Positions 1 through 10,325 of a stretch of 64,000 nt of DNA are shown here, one piece after another. Source of the stretch: an uncultured Chloroflexia bacterium (GTDB lineage Bacteria > Chloroflexota > Limnocylindria > Limnocylindrales > CSP1-4); the NCBI GenBank assembly GCA_963813335.1, contig CAWEYL010000001.1:1152001-1216000 (forward strand). Reading direction: 5' to 3'. Position numbers and translations under genes: made by a program. Below the pieces are notes generated by a model. The model was not told the origin of the DNA. It did not search any database and worked only from the letters and a program-made list of their open reading frames with translations. The stretch's first letter is position 1. The number at the start of each line of letters is the position of its first letter.

Positions 1-1043
<1,043 letters not shown>

Positions 1044-1066
1044 GGCCGCGACTCTAGCACGACCGC

Positions 1067-1648
1067 TCAGCCGTTCCCGAACGCCGCGATGGCCTCCTGG
1101 ATGCGGTCCTCGGGCAGGTCGTTGGTGATCACGACGTTGACGATGTCGGGGTCCGCCGACGGCCAGGTGACGACGCTCTGCAGCCGCTCGCCGGTCTTGG
1201 TGTCGAGGCGCCGGGCGTGCCGCCCGGCGATCGTCGGCGAGGAGACGCCCAGGATCTCGGTCCGGCTGGCGGCATCGGCACTCGAGGCGTAGAAGTCGCC
1301 GATCATATCGGCCGTCAGGCCCGGGGCGCTGAAGACCGCCAGCGCCGCGGTCCGCTCCGCCCCGAAGGACCAGGTCCCGCCGCCGAACCGCAGCTCGTCG
1401 ATGCCGGCCGCGGTCAGGGTCCCCATCGCTTCGGGCGAGCAGTTGCGCCCCGAATCGAGGCTCCCGGGCGCGGCGTCATGGAAGGTCTTGGGGACGCGTG
1501 CCTCGAGCTCGGGGTAGGCGCCGGGGGCCGATCCGTCGGCGGTGCAGAGGCCGGTCGGGTCGAACGATGCCGCCGGCGGCCCGGAACAGCCGGCGACCAC
1601 GAGCAGCACGAACAGGAGGGTGGCGACGAGGCCGGACCTGGGAAGCAC
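1067..1648 (-). CDS. Hypothetical lipoprotein
   Basis: Hydrophobic signal ending VVAGC (lipobox); GTG start 7 nt after a TACGCT -10 box. Confidence 0.7.
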   Translation of the reverse strand: MLPRSGLVATLLFVLLVVAGCSGPPAASFDPTGLCTADGSAPGAYPELEARVPKTFHDAAPGSLDSGRNCSPEAMGTLTAAGIDELRFGGGTWSFGAERTAALAVFSAPGLTADMIGDFYASSADAASRTEILGVSSPTIAGRHARRLDTKTGERLQSVVTWPSADPDIVNVVITNDLPEDRIQEAIAAFGNG

Positions 1649-1783
1649 GGACGGAAGCGTACCCGTGCTCGGCCGAGCGTGCCCGCAGCGGGGTGGTGCG
1701 CCGCCGCACCTGGTACGGGCGTCCCGGGGTGGTGCGTCCACGCGCCCGACCATCGACCCTGTCCGCGGGGGACAAGGGTGCCA

Positions 1784-1812
1784 TTGCTCCCCTGCTCGTC
1801 GGGACCTAGTGT
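1784..1812 (+). promoter_or_regulatory. Sigma70/SigA-type promoter TTGCTC-N17-TAGTGT
   Basis: -35 at 1784-1789, -10 at 1807-1812, 17-bp spacer; faces a region with no credible ORF. Confidence 0.6.
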
Positions 1813-1818
1813 TCTGGG

Positions 1819-2050
1819 TACGCCGACCCGCGATCGAACCGGGAACTTCCTGGGGCGTCGGTCACGGAACAGGAAACGGCCCTTCGTTCTGAGGATGGTT
1901 CGGAGCGAGGGATCCCGGATCCAGTTCACGAGCCGAATAACTGGACATCGGCCAACAGGCCTGGTGGACCGTCGGGACGGCAGCGCTTATCGCTCGGTCA
2001 TCTCTAATCAGCGGATAGAACGCCCTCCGGCTATCGGGGGGCGTTCTCGC
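1819..2050 (+). ncRNA. Putative ~230-nt structured ncRNA (6S/Ms1-like candidate)
   Basis: Between promoter and terminator; nested pairings CTGA/TCAG, GGATGG/TCATCT, GAGCGA/TCGCTC, TCCCG/CGGGA, TCCAGTT/AACTGGA; lower GC than flanking CDSs. Confidence 0.5.
2017..2047 (+). terminator. 13-bp stem-loop, probable intrinsic terminator (possibly bidirectional)
   Basis: AGAACGCCCTCCG-gctat-CGGGGGGCGTTCT. Confidence 0.6.
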
Positions 2051-2092
2051 GTCCGGCGACAGGTCGGACGTCGACGCGACGGCCGCCCAGGG

Positions 2093-2822
2093 TCAGGCGG
2101 AGCGGCCGGGACGCACCCGCTCCGGCTCCGGGCGGGCACGGCGGTGGATCCCCCGCCGGTCGAGATCGGCCTGGACGACGCGGGCGGCCGACACGAGCTC
2201 CGGGTCGCGGGTCACGGTCCCGCTGAGCCAGTCGATGTACGACGGCTCGAAGGACGGCGATCTGGCCCAGCGTGTGCCCGTGGAACTTGCCGAACTCCAC
2301 CGGGTACACGTTCGCCTCCTCGAGCGACGGGGGCGGCCGGCGCCGGAAGTGGCGGACGCGGTCCTTGATCAGCGGCCCGGTCGGGGTGGAGGCCCGCGGC
2401 GGCTCGCCTCCGACCGACTCCGGGCGGGGCGGCGGCTGGCCGGGGAGCGTCGTCCGCGGAGCGCCGTGCGCGGCCGCCTGGTTGCGCGCCCGGTACGTGG
2501 CGCTCATGTCGACCCGCCCGGTCACCGGGCGCGTCGGCTTCGGCCGCGGCGGGCCGCCGCGCTTCGGGCGCGCGTCCTCGTCGAAGGTGGCCGGCTCGCC
2601 CGCGCGATCGGCCGCGGACCGTCCCGCCGCGTCGCGGGTCAGCGCCGCGTACGCGTCGTTGATCTCCGCCATCTGGCGGGTCGCGATGCGCGACAGGGCC
2701 GGGTCGTCGCCGGTGAGGTCCGGGTGGTGGGCGCGGGCGAGACGGCGCCAGGCTGCCTTGATCTCGGTCGCCGAGGCGTCACGTCCGACGCCCAGGACCT
2801 CGTGCGGATCGCGCTTCGCCAC
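2093..2822 (-). CDS. J-domain (DnaJ class C) protein with C-terminal FGK-H-G...YIDWL domain; frameshift near 2255
   Basis: DPHEVLGV...EIKAAWRRLARAHHPD...INDAYAAL J domain; C-terminal EFGKFHGHTLGQIA..EPSYIDWL. Confidence 0.85.
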
Positions 2823-2876
2823 GTGCTGAGTGTACGGCGCTTGACAGGTCCGTCGGTCGTGGCGTCCCCTTGCGGC

Positions 2877-4000
2877 ATGGGTTCCGTCCGACGCGCCGGG
2901 TTGCTCGCGGCCCTCGCCGCCGCGCCGGTCGGGCTCGCGTACCGGTTCGCGCTGGCGTACCGCGTCCGCGCCGGCTATCCGCGCCGCGACCCGGCCCGGG
3001 TCATGCCCGACGCGCGCGGATTGCCCTACGAGGAGACGACGGTCCGCTCGGCGGGCCTGGACCTGCCGGCGTGGTTCATCCCGGCCCGCGACGGCGCCCC
3101 CGGACCGGGCATGGTCCTGGTCCATGGCTGGGAGTCCGCGCGCGACCGTACGCTGCCCATGGCGCAGTTCCTCCACGCCGCGGGCTTCCACTGCCTGGCC
3201 TTCGACGTGCGCGGGCACGGCGGCAACCCGCCCGAGGAGCTGCCGCTGACCGCCGGCGAGTTCGGCCTCGACACGGTCGCCGCGTTCACCACGCTGCTCC
3301 AGCGGCCCGAGGTGACCGCCGGCGGCGTGGCCGGCCATTCGATGGGCGGGATCGGGGCGATCCTCGCGGCCGCGGCCGACCCGCGGATCGCCGTGCTGAT
3401 CGCGACCTCGTCACCCGCCGACCCGTGGCGCCTGACCCGAGAGACCTTCCGCCTCGCCCACCTGCCCATCCCCGACCCGATCGCCTATCCGCTCGCCTGG
3501 CTCACCTCGCGCGTCTACCTGCGCCCGCGCGGCCACCAGGTGACCGAGGTCAGCGCCTCGGCAGCGATCGCCCGGTACCGCGGCCCGATCCTGCTCGCCC
3601 ACGGCTCCGACGACGCGGTGGTCCCCGCCTCGCACATGGCGCGGCTGGCGGCGGCAGCGCGCGCCGGGCGGACCGGCGCGGCCGACGCGCCCGCGACCCC
3701 CATCGAGACGCTCATGGTGCGATGGCGGCCAGCACTCGTGGCTGTACGAGTTCCCCGAGTACCGGCGCACGGTGGCCTCGTTCGCCGCGCGGGCGCTGGG
3801 CGGCCCGCTGACGCCCGACGCCGCGGGCGAGGCGGCGGCGGCCGTCCCCGCCGAGCGGCTGCCCGAGGCCGAGCAGCGCTTCTCGACGATCGAGGACAGT
3901 CCCGGCGGCTTCCGGACGCTCGCGCAGGTCGCGCTGCCGGGGGCCACGCAAGCCGATCGTCCGGCCGGAGCCGGACGCGGCCGGCGACGCCGCGCCATGA
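2877..4000 (+). CDS. Alpha/beta hydrolase with N-terminal anchor; frameshifts near 3720 and in the 3' part
   Basis: VHGW, FDVRGHG, GHSMGG nucleophile elbow, HGSDDAVVP, GQHS after the frame change; 3' end approximate. Confidence 0.8.
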
Positions 4001-4539
4001 CCACGTCCGCCGCCGACGGACCGGTCTGGTCGGCGATCAGGACCCGTCGCGCGATCCGCGCCTTCGCCGACCGGCCGCTGGAGCCCGCCCATCTCGAGCG
4101 GATCCTCAACGCCGGCCGCCGGGCCGGCTCGTCCAAGAACCAGCAGCGCTGGGCGTTCATCGTCTGCCGCGACCGCGACCGCCTGCGGGCGCTCTCGAAG
4201 GTGGGGCCGTGGGCCGGCCACCTCGCCGGCGCCGCGGTCGGGATCGCCCTCGTGACGCCGGACCCGTACCGCCCGGACGCCCCGCTGTCGATCCTGTTCG
4301 ACCTCGGCCAGGCCGCCGGGAACATGATGCTGGCGGCGTGGGAGCTCGGGATCGGCAGCGTCCCCGCCACGGTCTACGAGCACGACGCGGCGCGCGCGAT
4401 CCTGGGCTACCCCGACGACCGGCGCTGCGAGTACATCCTCTCGTTCGGCTATCCGGCCGAGCCGGGCGACCTCACCAGGCCGCCGGCCGCGGGCGGCCGG
4501 GCGCCGCTCGGCGAACTCGTCCACGAGGAGCGCTGGTAG
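3997..4539 (+). CDS. Nitroreductase family protein
   Basis: IRTRRAIRAF, AGSSKNQQRWAF, DLGQAAGNMMLAAWELGIGS, FGYP. Confidence 0.9.
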   Translation: MTTSAADGPVWSAIRTRRAIRAFADRPLEPAHLERILNAGRRAGSSKNQQRWAFIVCRDRDRLRALSKVGPWAGHLAGAAVGIALVTPDPYRPDAPLSILFDLGQAAGNMMLAAWELGIGSVPATVYEHDAARAILGYPDDRRCEYILSFGYPAEPGDLTRPPAAGGRAPLGELVHEERW

Positions 4540-4545
4540 GCCGCC

Positions 4546-5642
4546 CTACTGCCACTGGAACTTGCGCGACGCGATCCCGAAGCAGACCACGAGCCATCCG
4601 ATCAGCACCGCGGCGCACACCCACAGCGGCGCGAACGGCGTCCCGCCGACCATCACCTGGCGCAGGGCATCGGCGAGGTACGTCAGCGGGATGAGCCGCG
4701 CGATCGCCTGCAGGAACGGCGGCATCTGGTCGATCTGGAAGAAGGCGCCCGAGAGGAACATCATCGGGAACTGGATCATGCTGGTCATGCCGTTGGCGGC
4801 ATCCTCGGTCTTGGCGAACGAGGCGATCACGTAGCCGAGCGCGAGGAACGTCACCGCGCCGAGCACCACGAACATGAACGTCACGACCATCGAGCCGACG
4901 ATCTCGACCCCGAACGCGAGCGTCCCGACCGCGACGATGATGATCGTCTGGACGAGCGCGATCAGCAGCCGCATCAGCACGTTCGAGCCCACGAGCTGCC
5001 AGCGCTGCAGCGGCGTGGCGGCGAGCCGCTTGAGGATGAGCTTCTCGCGGTCCGCCACCAGCGGGATCGCGGCGAAGATGCCGACCTGCATGACCGACAG
5101 GCCGAGCATGCTCGGGACGAAGTAGCTGATGAAGTTGAGGTCGTCCGACTGCACGGCCTGCGCCTGGGGCAGGACCAGCGGCGGCTGTCCCCGCAGGTTG
5201 ACCACGCCGAGCACGGTCCCCACGGCCTGGTAGACCTGACCGGTCACCTCGCTCCGGGACGGGTCCGTGTAGACCGTGATCGACGCGGGGGTCGCGGACG
5301 TGCCGGCGGTGCCCGCCGCGATGCTCGCGCCGTAGCCGGCCGGGACCCCGATGACCGCGGCGAGCTTGCCGTCGTTCATCTTGGCGATGGCCTCGTCCTT
5401 CGTCGCATCGACGAGCGTGACGCCCTGGAGCGCCGCGAACCCGGTGCGCAGCTTGCGCCGCGGCCGCGGAGCCGTCCTCGTCCGCCCAGCCGAGCGTGAT
5501 GTTCGACGTGCCGCTGCCCTGGAAGATGAGCCCGAACATCACGATGAAGACGATGCGGGAAGGCCAGCGTCCAGAAGAGCGCGGCACGGTCGCGCGTGTA
5601 GCTCCGGATGTTGGCGAGGGTCAGCTGCAGGAGGGCGTGCAT
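4546..5642 (-). CDS. ABC-2 type transporter permease (frameshifted near 5450-5560)
   Basis: RDRAALFWTLAFP N-terminus; REKLILKRLAATP, FLSGAFF, PLTY; multiple TM helices. Confidence 0.88.
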
Positions 5643-5652
5643 CAGGCGGCCG

Positions 5653-6615
5653 TCAGTCCCGCAGCGCCCGGCCGGTCAGGTCGAGGAAGACGTCTTCGAG
5701 GGTCGCCCGCCGGACGCCCAGGTTCTGCGGCTCGACACCGCGCGCCTCGCACAGCGCCAGCAGGGCGCCGATCGTCGCCGCGACATCCGGCGTGTACAGC
5801 AGGGCCTCGCCGTCGTCGAACTTGACCGACGAGACGGCCGGCAGTGCGACGAGGTCGGCTTCGGACAGGGCGTCGATGGCGTCGAAGCGGACGGCGCGCT
5901 CCTTGAACCGCTTGGAGACCAGCTCCTCGACCGTGCCCATCTCGAGGATGTGCCCGTGGTCCATGATCGCGAGGCGGTCGCACAGGATCTCCGCCTCCTC
6001 CATGTAGTGCGTCGTCAGCAGCACCGAGCGGCCTCGCGCCTTGAGCCCGAGGACGAGGTCCCACAGGGAGCGGCGGGCGGCCGGGTCGAGGCCGGTCGTC
6101 GGCTCGTCGAGGAAGACCAGCTCCGGGTCGTTGACCAGCGCGAGGGCGACCGCCAGGCGCTGCCGCTGGCCGCCCGACAGCTCGCTGGTCCGCGCGTCGC
6201 GCCGCTCGCCGAGCTCGAGCGCATCGATCAGCTCCTGGGTCGGACGCGGGTTCGAGTAGAAGGCGCGGAAGAGGTCGATGACCTCGGTGACGGTCAGCTT
6301 GGGGTAGAGCGCCGCCGTCTGGAGGCTCACGCCGATGCGCGGCTTCAGCCCGTCCGCGCCCTTCGTGACGTCGATGCCCAGCACCGATGCCTGGCCAGCG
6401 TCGGGCTTGCGCAGCCCCTCGAGGATCTCGACCGTCGTGGTCTTCCCGGCCCCGTTGGGGCCCAGCAACCCGAAGACCTCGCCGGGTCGGACGTCGAAGT
6501 CGATGCCGTCGACGGCGGCGAGGTCGCCGTAGCGCTTCACCAGCCCGCGGACGCGGACGACGGGATCGTTCGGGAGCGCGGCCACCTGGCCAGCCGCCGG
6601 GGAGTTCGACTGCAT
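5653..6615 (-). CDS. ABC transporter ATP-binding protein
   Basis: GPNGAGKTT, LSGGQ, LDEPTTGLD, TTHYMEEA. Confidence 0.95.
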   Translation of the reverse strand: MQSNSPAAGQVAALPNDPVVRVRGLVKRYGDLAAVDGIDFDVRPGEVFGLLGPNGAGKTTTVEILEGLRKPDAGQASVLGIDVTKGADGLKPRIGVSLQTAALYPKLTVTEVIDLFRAFYSNPRPTQELIDALELGERRDARTSELSGGQRQRLAVALALVNDPELVFLDEPTTGLDPAARRSLWDLVLGLKARGRSVLLTTHYMEEAEILCDRLAIMDHGHILEMGTVEELVSKRFKERAVRFDAIDALSEADLVALPAVSSVKFDDGEALLYTPDVAATIGALLALCEARGVEPQNLGVRRATLEDVFLDLTGRALRD

Positions 6616-6650
6616 GGCCCCGAATGGTGCCAGACGAGCGGGCGGGACGC

Positions 6651-7997
6651 TCAGCCGGCCGCGGCGTCGGGCGTGTCGAGGCCGCCGGACCAGTCGATGT
6701 CGAGGGCGATGGTGGAGTCGGCGCTCCGGTCATCCTCGGGCGCGGGCGCCCCGAGGCGGAGGTACGCCTCGATCGCGGCCTCGAGGCCGACGTCGCGGCC
6801 CGCCAGCTCGGAGAGGATCCACTTCTCCTCGAGCACGTCGCAGTAGGCCTGCAGCGGGTCGCGCTTGGCGCCGACCGTGGGGAGGATGGCCTCGAGGCTC
6901 GGCTCGAGCACGTCGCGCAGCCAGCGGTCGGCGGCCTCCTGCTCGGACACCGGCCGCCGGTCGTACGACTCCAGCCACGCCCGGTACTCGCGCAGGTCGT
7001 TGAGCAGCAGGCGGGCCTGGCCCTCGAGCGCGACGAGCCCGGTCAGGCGCTCCAGCTGGTGGGCGTGGAAGCGGCGGTTGGTGACGGCGACCCGCAGCTC
7101 CACGGTCCCGCCGCCGGCGCCGGTCGGCTCGAGGTTGATCTCGTCGACCGCGAAGCCCAGGTCGTTGAGCCGCCGGATGCGCGCCCGGACGGCGTGCCGG
7201 TCGGTCGGCGAGACCTCGGGGACGATGTGGAGCTCCTCCCACAGCGAGCTGTACCGCGTCCGCACGGTCTCGGCGGCGGCGACCGCGTCGTCGAAGGCGT
7301 CCGAGCGTCCCTGCAGCGCCGCGACGTCGGCCAGCCCGAAGGCCACGTTCTCGACGAGGATCTCGAGGTCGTACGCTCGCTGCCCGTCCGACAACGACGG
7401 GTGGATCTCGCTGGTCTCCGCGTCGACGAGGAACGCCTGGATCTTGTCGCCGTCCCGGCGGAACAGCGTGTTGGCGAGCGAGCAGTCGCCCCAGAAGACC
7501 CCGGCGCGGTGCAGGTCGATGAGCAGCCACGCCATCGCATCGAGCAGCCGGTCGCGATACGGGCCCGGGCCGAGCGGGAAGCGCATCAGCAGGCGGCGGT
7601 ACTGGATCGAATACGCGAGGTACTCGGTCATGAGGATGGCGGACGAGCGCTCCGGGGATTCGGCGAGCCCGACCGCGGTCACGGCCGGGAGGCCCATCGA
7701 CTCGAGATGGCGCAGGACGTCGAACTCCGTCGCCGCGACGCCGAGCGGCTCCTCCTTGAGGGCATAGGTCCGGCCGCTCGCCACGAGGAAGCGGACGAGG
7801 TGCCGCGACGGCCCGACCGGGTACTCCTTGAAATGGAGGGCATCCGAGGTCCAGTCGGCCAGCGGGCGCTCCCACGGCAGGTCCAGCAGCGCCCCGGCGC
7901 CGTCGCGCAGCCGGAGCCTCGGGAAGACCGGCTCGATGAGCGGCTCGGTCAGGGCGTCAGAGCTTCTTGCGGAGGTACGCGGTGACGGTGGCGTCAT
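6651..7997 (-). CDS. DUF4032 / kinase-like domain protein (true start probably near 7950)
   Basis: LLDLPWERPL, SRHLVRF, YALKE, LHRAGVFWGDCSLANTLFRRD, LVDAETSE, LEEKWILSE. Confidence 0.8.
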   Translation of the reverse strand: MTPPSPRTSARSSDALTEPLIEPVFPRLRLRDGAGALLDLPWERPLADWTSDALHFKEYPVGPSRHLVRFLVASGRTYALKEEPLGVAATEFDVLRHLESMGLPAVTAVGLAESPERSSAILMTEYLAYSIQYRRLLMRFPLGPGPYRDRLLDAMAWLLIDLHRAGVFWGDCSLANTLFRRDGDKIQAFLVDAETSEIHPSLSDGQRAYDLEILVENVAFGLADVAALQGRSDAFDDAVAAAETVRTRYSSLWEELHIVPEVSPTDRHAVRARIRRLNDLGFAVDEINLEPTGAGGGTVELRVAVTNRRFHAHQLERLTGLVALEGQARLLLNDLREYRAWLESYDRRPVSEQEAADRWLRDVLEPSLEAILPTVGAKRDPLQAYCDVLEEKWILSELAGRDVGLEAAIEAYLRLGAPAPEDDRSADSTIALDIDWSGGLDTPDAAAG

Positions 7998-8409
7998 AGC
8001 CGAGCGATTCGTACAGGTGGCGCGCCTCGGGCCGGTGGTGGCCGGCGGTGATCTCGACGAATGCCGCGCCGAGCTCGGTCCCGATGCGCTCCGCCTCGGC
8101 CATCAGCGTCCGCCCGACGCCGCGCTCCCGGGCGCCCGCGTCGACCACGAGCGCGAGGACGCGCAGGATCCGGTCGTCGTGCTCGAAGCGCGGCAGCGCG
8201 TGGACGGCGATGAAGCCCAGGATGGCGCCGTCGTGCTCGGCCACGACCACCCGCGAGTGGGGCGAGGCGAAACGCTCGAGCCGGGCCACGATGTCGCTCG
8301 GCCCGGCCGGGTAGCCCTCGTCGGTGAAGAGCTGGGCGATCTCGTCGGCATCGTCGGGGCCGGCCGGGCGAAGGGCGACGGGAGGACGGTCGGTCGCGTG
8401 ATCGGTCAT
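7957..8409 (-). CDS. GNAT acetyltransferase
   Basis: LVVDAGARERGVGRTL acetyl-CoA motif; ARHLYESLGY. Confidence 0.9.
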   Translation of the reverse strand: MTDHATDRPPVALRPAGPDDADEIAQLFTDEGYPAGPSDIVARLERFASPHSRVVVAEHDGAILGFIAVHALPRFEHDDRILRVLALVVDAGARERGVGRTLMAEAERIGTELGAAFVEITAGHHRPEARHLYESLGYDATVTAYLRKKL

Positions 8410-8912
8410 GGGGCGATGGTACCCGGCGCGCCGTCCACGACGAGCAGCAGGTGGCCGTCGCGCCCGCCGGCGAGCACGAGCCGCTCCGTGCCGAACGGAC
8501 CGGCGGCCGACGCGGAGAGGATGCCACCGGGCAGCGCGGCGGTCGTGGCGCCGCCCGCCAGCCAGACCACCGCCGGTCCCTCGCCGAGGCGCGCGAGCGA
8601 GGCGGCCAGCGGCCCTTCGCCCGACGGCTCCAGCAAAACGAGCGAGCGGACTCCCGGGACCGCGGCCAGGGCCAGCCCCGTCACCCGGCAGGTCGCGCCG
8701 AGGAGGTCGTCGCGGGCCGCATCCACGAACGCGCCGACCGCCCCGGACGCGGCCGCGGCCGTGACCTCCGCCGCCGCCCGCTCGGCCTCGACGGTCGTCC
8801 AGCCGACGGCCAGTGGTGCGGCCGTGGCCGCACCGTCCGGCACCGCCGCACGCCAGCGGGCCAGGGCGCCGTCGACGGCGTCGGCGACCGCGGCCTCGAA
8901 CGCGTCGCTCAC
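8406..8912 (-). CDS. Hypothetical protein (possibly VOC/glyoxalase-like), translationally coupled to both GNATs
   Basis: GTGA/ATGA overlaps; AVGWTTVEAERA...LLEPSGEGPLAASLARLGEGP. Confidence 0.6.
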   Translation of the reverse strand: MSDAFEAAVADAVDGALARWRAAVPDGAATAAPLAVGWTTVEAERAAAEVTAAAASGAVGAFVDAARDDLLGATCRVTGLALAAVPGVRSLVLLEPSGEGPLAASLARLGEGPAVVWLAGGATTAALPGGILSASAAGPFGTERLVLAGGRDGHLLLVVDGAPGTIAP

Positions 8913-9766
8913 CCGATCAGCAGGAGGTCCGGCGCGGGACGGCCGACGAGCTCGAAGCCGACCCGCCGGTAGAGCCGGATCGCGGCCGCGTTGTCGGCGA
9001 AGACGCCGAGGTGGATCCAGTCGCTGCCGGCGGCGATCGCGTCGGCGGTCGCCGTCGCCGTGGCCAGCTCGCCGAGGCCCCGGCCGCGGGCCCACACGGC
9101 GGTCCCGATCGAGGACAGGTAGCTCAGGCCGTCGAAGGTGGCCCGGCGGGCGACGGCGGCGGGCTCGCCGCCGAGCCTGACGACGTAGTGCATGAACGCC
9201 GGGTTCCCGAGCGAGGCGACCGTCTCCCGCCGTACGCCAGGCCGCAGCGCGTCCTCGATGTCGAAGGCCTCGCTCAGGATCGCGGCGATCGCGTCGATGG
9301 TCGCCTCCGGCGGCGGCCCCGCGGTCGCGTTGAGCCGTTCCAGGCTGACCTCCGGCCCGTACGGGCGCGGGGCGCCGGCGAGCGCTCGCTCGCGATCGGT
9401 CAGGACCATCACGCACCCACGCCCCATATCGCGGAACCCGTGGGCCTCGAGGCGCGACACGAGGTCCGCGGGCTGGTCGTAGGCCGGCGACGGCCAGATG
9501 TGCGGCTGCCGGCTCAGGGTCGTGAACAGGACCATCGCCTCGGCCAGGCGGCGATCGAAGGCGTCCGGATCGGTCGGCCAGCGGAGGGCCTCGAGCCGGT
9601 TCCAGAACGGCTCCGCCTCGTTCGGGTCGAACAGCAGCAGGCCGTCGCCCATGTCGCGCAGCTCGCGGCTCGGCATGGCGTGGACCCGGGCCTCGTGGAT
9701 CAGCAGGCGGCGCATCGTCGCCTCGTCGATCCCGTGGAGGTGCCCCCGGTCGTCGTCGCGCATCAC
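8909..9766 (-). CDS. GNAT acetyltransferase (C-terminal GNAT domain)
   Basis: SIGTAVWARGRGLG, NAAAIRLYRRVGF; GTG start 6 nt after TATCGT. Confidence 0.85.
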   Translation of the reverse strand: MMRDDDRGHLHGIDEATMRRLLIHEARVHAMPSRELRDMGDGLLLFDPNEAEPFWNRLEALRWPTDPDAFDRRLAEAMVLFTTLSRQPHIWPSPAYDQPADLVSRLEAHGFRDMGRGCVMVLTDRERALAGAPRPYGPEVSLERLNATAGPPPEATIDAIAAILSEAFDIEDALRPGVRRETVASLGNPAFMHYVVRLGGEPAAVARRATFDGLSYLSSIGTAVWARGRGLGELATATATADAIAAGSDWIHLGVFADNAAAIRLYRRVGFELVGRPAPDLLLIG

Positions 9767-9872
9767 GTGTGGACGATACTGGCGGGAAACCGGAGCCGCT
9801 GCGGAGACGTAGCACGCACCGGGGCCGACGACCGGCCCGACTCGTCGCGAACTGATCTGGAGGAACCTCACC

Positions 9873-10289
9873 TTGTCTCGTCGGATGCTCTCGGTCCTTG
9901 GCCTCTCCGCCGTCCTGAGTCTCGCCCTGGCAGCCTGCGGCAGCTCGGCCGCCTCCGTGGCGCCGAGCGCGGCCGCGTCCACGCCGGCCAGTGCGCCCGC
10001 CGCCTCGGCCGCGGCGGCCTGCGCCGAGAGCTCCGCGGCAGGCACCGTCAAGGTCTCGATCGAGAACTTCGCCTTCAACCCCTCGGCGATCACGGCCAAG
10101 GTCGGCGACGTCATCACGTTCACCAACGGCGACAGCGCCGGCCACACCGCCACGCTCGACGACGGCTCGTGCTTCACGCCGACCATCGGCAGCGGCAAGA
10201 GCGACGGCCTGACCTTCACCAAGGCCGGGACGTACACGTTCCACTGCGCGATCCACTCGACGATGAAGGGGACCATCACCGTCAGCTGA
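9873..10289 (+). CDS. Cupredoxin (plastocyanin/amicyanin-like) lipoprotein
   Basis: Lipobox LAAC; type-1 Cu ligands GHT...C-AIH-STM; GGAGG-like RBS. Confidence 0.9.
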   Translation: MSRRMLSVLGLSAVLSLALAACGSSAASVAPSAAASTPASAPAASAAAACAESSAAGTVKVSIENFAFNPSAITAKVGDVITFTNGDSAGHTATLDDGSCFTPTIGSGKSDGLTFTKAGTYTFHCAIHSTMKGTITVS

Positions 10290-10325
10290 GGCCAGCCCGG
10301 CCCGACCCGGGAGACGCGCCGGCGG

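Noticed and set aside
1690-2050. Cobalamin or other known riboswitch upstream of the lipoprotein/mcm genes
   Set aside because: No B12-box or other recognisable aptamer consensus; downstream genes have their own -10 boxes and the best promoter points the other way
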